DNA of 64,000 nt from Macrostomum hystrix. Its lineage: Eukaryota > Animalia > Platyhelminthes. Made by a program: the position numbers and the translations under genes. The notes below the pieces were generated by a model, which made no database searches, was not told the origin of the DNA, and was given only the letters and a program-made list of their open reading frames with translations. Below are positions 59,545 through 64,000 of the stretch, piece after piece (position 1 is the stretch's first letter; each line of letters begins with the position of its first letter). Location of the stretch: positions 31,806,001-31,870,000 of the forward strand of contig CATNEN010000038.1 in NCBI GenBank assembly GCA_950097015.1. The letters run 5' to 3'.

Positions 59545-60603
59545 ATGTCCGCATCCAACTCGGCGAGTCAAAGTGGCAGCAGCCGCTGCAGCAGCGTTGC
59601 GGAGAAGCAGCAGGCGTCGGACGGTCAGCGACTGTTGAAGATCGCGCCGGAGCCACGAACCTACGCCGAGGTCATGTCTGAGCTGGACAAGTCGACGGAG
59701 GACTTTCTCAAACGCAATCACCTGCGCCACGAGAAGGCCTGGTACGACGAGACCTCCAGGAAGCTGGACGACAGTCGGCGACGCTGGGAGGACGAGGTGC
59801 GCCTGATGCGGGAGCAGTTCTTCACGGCCCAGGCGCACCCGAAGCAGCGGGAGCGAGCCGCGGCGCTGATGGACGCGCACACCTTCGACGAGTTGCAGAC
59901 GCGCACAATGAGAGGCTGCGACGGCCGGCTGAGATTTCAGGTGCGCTTCGAGGTGCAAGGCTTCGAAATTCGCCAGGTTGAAGTCGGGGTCAATGATCAC
60001 CGGCTGACGGTTCGAGCGAATCGCGAATGTCCCAGCGGTTTTCGTCAGCTCGTCCGCAGCGTCAACTTGCCCAGCAATTGTCTGATCGACCAGTTGACCG
60101 CTTGCGTCACTTCAGACAGTGTCCTCATTGTGGTGGCGCCGTTGCGAGCGCCGGACAGCATCGGGGGCCAGCAGCATCGGTGCTGCGGCGCCAGCAGTTT
60201 AGCATCGCCAGCCGAAGCGCCACAATTGGTTGACGCCGGCCGGAGATTGGTTCGCCTGCAGGTGCAGTTGGGGCCTTTCTACCGGCCTGACGAGGTCCGA
60301 GTGTTGGTCGGCTGCTACCGGGTTAAAGTCTCCGCCAGGCACCAGGAGACACGCGAAGGTCGCAGCAGTTGTTGTCGAGAATTTCAACGCGATTACGACC
60401 TGCCGGAGGCTGTGCGACCATCGGCGACTGTGGCAACCCTGGAGCCTGGCGGTTGCCTCACCGTGGAAGCTCCACTGGAGACTGAGGTACCGACCGGAGT
60501 CGGCGGGAAAGAGCAACCAGACGACTGCCAGTCGCTAGTGTCGGTGGTGTCTTCGCTGGCTGCTGGCGAGACTGAAACTGAGGCGCAAGGCCTTCCTAGC
60601 TGA
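59545..60603 (+). CDS. Small heat-shock protein with two alpha-crystallin domains (flatworm major egg antigen p40-like), 352 aa
   Basis: First ATG in the long ORF is 59545. N-terminal RRRWEDEVRLMREQFF; domain 1 FQVRFEVQGF..VEV..LTVRA..LVRSVNLP..VTSDSVLIVVAP; domain 2 LGPFYRPDEVRV..VKVSARH..EFQRDYDLPEAV..LEPGGCLTVEAP. Confidence 0.85.
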   Translation: MSASNSASQSGSSRCSSVAEKQQASDGQRLLKIAPEPRTYAEVMSELDKSTEDFLKRNHLRHEKAWYDETSRKLDDSRRRWEDEVRLMREQFFTAQAHPKQRERAAALMDAHTFDELQTRTMRGCDGRLRFQVRFEVQGFEIRQVEVGVNDHRLTVRANRECPSGFRQLVRSVNLPSNCLIDQLTACVTSDSVLIVVAPLRAPDSIGGQQHRCCGASSLASPAEAPQLVDAGRRLVRLQVQLGPFYRPDEVRVLVGCYRVKVSARHQETREGRSSCCREFQRDYDLPEAVRPSATVATLEPGGCLTVEAPLETEVPTGVGGKEQPDDCQSLVSVVSSLAAGETETEAQGLPS

Positions 60604-60889
60604 GCTGATCTTTGAGTCTGTTCTCAAAGAAAAACTGTAATTAATAGAAGGAAATTGAATTAAACTAACTAATTTGCCTCCCAATCGTGCGGGATTCAGG
60701 TTGTAATTGCAGATTTTTTACGACAAATATACAGTGCGCGCCAGATATATGTAGATAGATATAGATAAATTAGAATGTAATGTTACGAGTAACAAGTACA
60801 ATTACTCTTACGTCTGACAGACTTACATTTGCCCTTCTGTGGCGTTTTTTAAACCAAATTTGTTAATTTTTCGAAAGAGGAGAAGAGGA

Positions 60890-61575
60890 ACGACATAGAG
60901 GAGAGGAAGGAGATGGAGGAGAGGGAGGAGAGAGAGGAGAGGGAGGAGAGGGAGGAGAGGGAGGAGATGGAGGAGAGGGAGGAGAGGGAGGAGAGGGAGG
61001 AGATGGAGGAGAGGGAGGAGAGGGAGGAGAGGGAGGAGAGGGAGGAGAGGGAGGAGAGGGAGGAGATGGAGGAGATGGAGGAGAGGGAGGAGATGGAGGA
61101 GAGGGAGGAGATGGAGGAGATGGAGGAGATGGAGGAGAGGGAGGAGATGGAGGAGAGGGAGGAGATGGAGGAGATGGAGGAGAGGGAGGAGAGGGAGGAG
61201 ATGGAGGAGATGGAGGAGATGGAGGAGATGGAGGAGATGGAGGAGAGGGAGGAGATGGAGGAGAGGGAGGAGATGGAGGAGATGGAGGAGAGGGAGGAGA
61301 GGGAGGAGATGGAGGAGATGGAGGAGAGGGAGGAGAGAGAGGAGAGGGAGGAGAGGGAGGAGAGGGAGGAGAGGGAGGAGATGGAGGAGAGGGAGGAGAG
61401 GGAGGAGAGGGAGGAGATGGAGGAGAGGGAGGAGATGGAGGAGATGGAGGAGAGGGAGGAGAGGGAGGAGAGGGAGGAGAGGGAGGAGAGGGAGGAGAGG
61501 GAGGAGAGGGAGGAGAGGGAGGAGAGGGAGGAGAGGGAGGAGAGGGAGGAGATGGAGGAGAGGGAGGAGAGAAGT
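60890..61575. repeat. 9-bp purine repeat (GAGGAGAGG / GAGGAGATG)n
   Basis: Direct tandem array. Confidence 0.95.
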
Positions 61576-61957
61576 AAGTAACTAAAATTGTAGAGAGGGA
61601 GCTGGAGGACTAACACTGCTTAGAAATGTGAAACTAAGTCAAGAAAGGTGCTGGAGGGGTCGTGCAGTGTCAAGTTTTTAATTAAATCATATATCAAGTT
61701 TCTTCTATTTCTTGGAAATTTCTCATCTAACGAGAATGTTCGTCCATCCAAACAAGCTGACCCAGAATGCACAAATCATTGACTTGACCAGAGACAAAAT
61801 ACAACTTAAATTACTTGCAAATCACAGAGTTCGTTTGGCTTTGGAAAAAAAGCTTGCTCACATCAGAAAGCTGTCTAAAATGATTGTTGTAAAAATTCAG
61901 ATCCTTTGACAAAATTCGAGATGCTGTCGAAAGTGACAGTAGCTGTCAGTAAAATTA

Positions 61958-63742
61958 CCTGTCGAAATCACAGAATCAGTCGAAATCACAGAATCAGTCG
62001 AAATAGAAGAATCTGTCGAAATAGAAGAATCTGTCGAAAAAGCAGAATCAGTCGAAACAGAAGAATCTGTCGAAATAGCAGAATCAGTCTAAATAGCAGA
62101 ATCTGTCGAAACAAAAGAATCTGTCGAAATAGAAGAATCTGTCTAAATAGAAGAATCTGTCGAAATAGAAGAATCTGTCGAAATAGAAGAATCAGTCGAA
62201 ACAAAAGAATCTGTCGAAATAGAAGAATCTGTCTAAATAGAAGAATCTGTCGAAATAGAAGAATCTGTCTAAATAGAAGAATCTGTCTAAATAGAAGAAT
62301 CTGTCGAAATAGAAGAATCTGTCTAAATAGAAAAATCTGTCGAAATAGAAGAATCAGTCGAAATAGAAGAATCTGTCGAAATAGAAGAATCTGTCGAAAT
62401 AGAAGAATCTGTCGAAATAGAAGAATCAGTCGAAATAGAAGAATCAGTCGAAATAGAAGAATCTGTCGAAACAGAAGAATCTGTCGAAATAGCAGAATCA
62501 GTCGAAACAAAAGAATCTGTCGAAATAGAAGAATCTGTCTAAATAGAAGAATCTGTCGAAATAGAAGAATCTGACGAAATAGAAGAATCAGTCGAAACAA
62601 AAGAATCTGTCGAAATAGAAGAATCTGTCTAAATAGAAGAATCTGTCGAAATAGAAGAATCTGTCTAAATAGAAGAATCTGTCTAAATAGAAGAATCTGT
62701 CGAAATAGAAGAATCTGTCTAAATAGAAAAATCTGTCGAAATAGAAGAATCAGTCGAAACAAAAGAATCTGTCGAAATAGAAGAATCTGTCGAAATAGAA
62801 GAATCAGTCGAAATAGAAGAATCAGTCGAAATAGAAGAATCTGTCGAAATAGAAGAATCTGTCGAAATAGAAGAATCTGTCGAAATAGAAGAATCTGTCG
62901 AAATAGAAGAATCTGTCGAAATAGCAGAATCTGTCGAAGCAGAAGAATCAGTCGAAATAGAAGAATCAATCGAAATAGAAGAATCTGTCGAAATAGAAGA
63001 ATCAGTCGAAATAGCAGAATCTGTCGAAGCAGAAGAATCAATCGAAACAGAAGAATCAGTCGAAACAAAAGAATCTGTCGAAATAGAAGAATCAGTCGAA
63101 ACAAAAGAATCTGTCGAAATAGAAGAATCTGTCGAAATAGAAGAATCAGTCGAAATAGAAGAATCAGTCGAAATAGAAGAATCTGTCGAAATAGAAGAAT
63201 CTGTCGAAATAGAAGAATCTGTCGAAATAGAAGAATCAATCGAAATAGAAGAATCTGTCGAAATAGAAGAATCAATCGAAATAGAAGAATCTGTCGAAAT
63301 AGAAGAATCAGTCGAAATAGCAGAATCTGTCGAAGCAGAAGAATCTGTCGAAACAGAAGAATCAGTCGAAACAAAAGAATCTGTCGAAATAGAAGAATCA
63401 GTCGAAACAAAAGAATCCGTCGAAATAGAAGAATCAGTCGAAATAGAAGAATCAGTCGAAATAGAAGAATCAGTCGAAATAGAAGAATCAGTCGAAATAG
63501 AAGAATCTGTCGAAATAGAAGAATCTGTCGAAATAGAAGAATCTGTCGAAACAGAAGAATCAGTCGAAACAAAAGAATCTGTCGAAATAGAAGAATCAGT
63601 CGAAACAAAAGAATCTGTCGAAATAGAAGAATCTGTCGAAATAGAAGAATCAGTCGAAATAGAAGAATCAGTCGAAATAGAAGAATCAGTCGAAATAGAA
63701 GAATCTGTCGAAATAGAAGAATCAATCGAAATAGAAGAATCT
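61958..63742. repeat. 18-bp minisatellite (GTCGAAATAGAAGAATCT)n
   Basis: Direct tandem array. Confidence 0.96.
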
Positions 63743-63929
63743 ATAAAAGATAAAAGATAAAATCACAGAAAACTGTCTTCTTGCAGATTGATATCTGTAG
63801 GAAAATCAATCTCAAAGAAATATAGAGAAGCTAAGAACAATACAAGGAAATAGTTATACGAGCGTAATAGTTTTCACGCCGATCGACCAGTTGGATTAGG
63901 ATTATGGTTCTTAAGCCTTATTCTCACGT

Positions 63930-63960
<31 letters not shown>

Positions 63961-64000
63961 TTCAGTCCGAAGGGATTATGAGGTGTTCTCTCAATATAAT

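Noticed and set aside
60849-63725. Poly-EER, RNRRIC and ILLFRQ ORFs
   Set aside because: 9-bp and 18-bp tandem repeats with no unique coding flanks or supporting splice structure.

Overview
Eukaryotic (metazoan) genomic DNA with GT-AG introns, poly-Q-rich coding sequence and a different minisatellite in most introns and intergenic gaps. The organisation resembles a free-living flatworm such as Macrostomum (inference, not verified). Genes reconstructed by hand from splice sites and reading frame: a 7-exon ACAD9-like acyl-CoA dehydrogenase (minus strand; catalytic motif looks degenerate); a same-strand, operon-like series NDUFA2 - Vps34/PIK3C3 - MRPL13, where MRPL13 has no obvious genomic start codon; an unrecognised ~1020-aa secreted alpha-helical repeat protein built from five 534-bp exons of identical translation; an otopetrin; a tincar-like membrane protein; tRNA-Cys(GCA); and a p40-type small heat-shock protein with two alpha-crystallin domains. 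Two tRNA-derived SINE families (three copies each) are present, and one copy has seeded a new minisatellite from its own hairpin. The most novel-looking element is the secreted helical-hairpin polyprotein gene at 30.3-39.7 kb. Most long ORFs in the supplied track are translations of tandem repeats, not genes.
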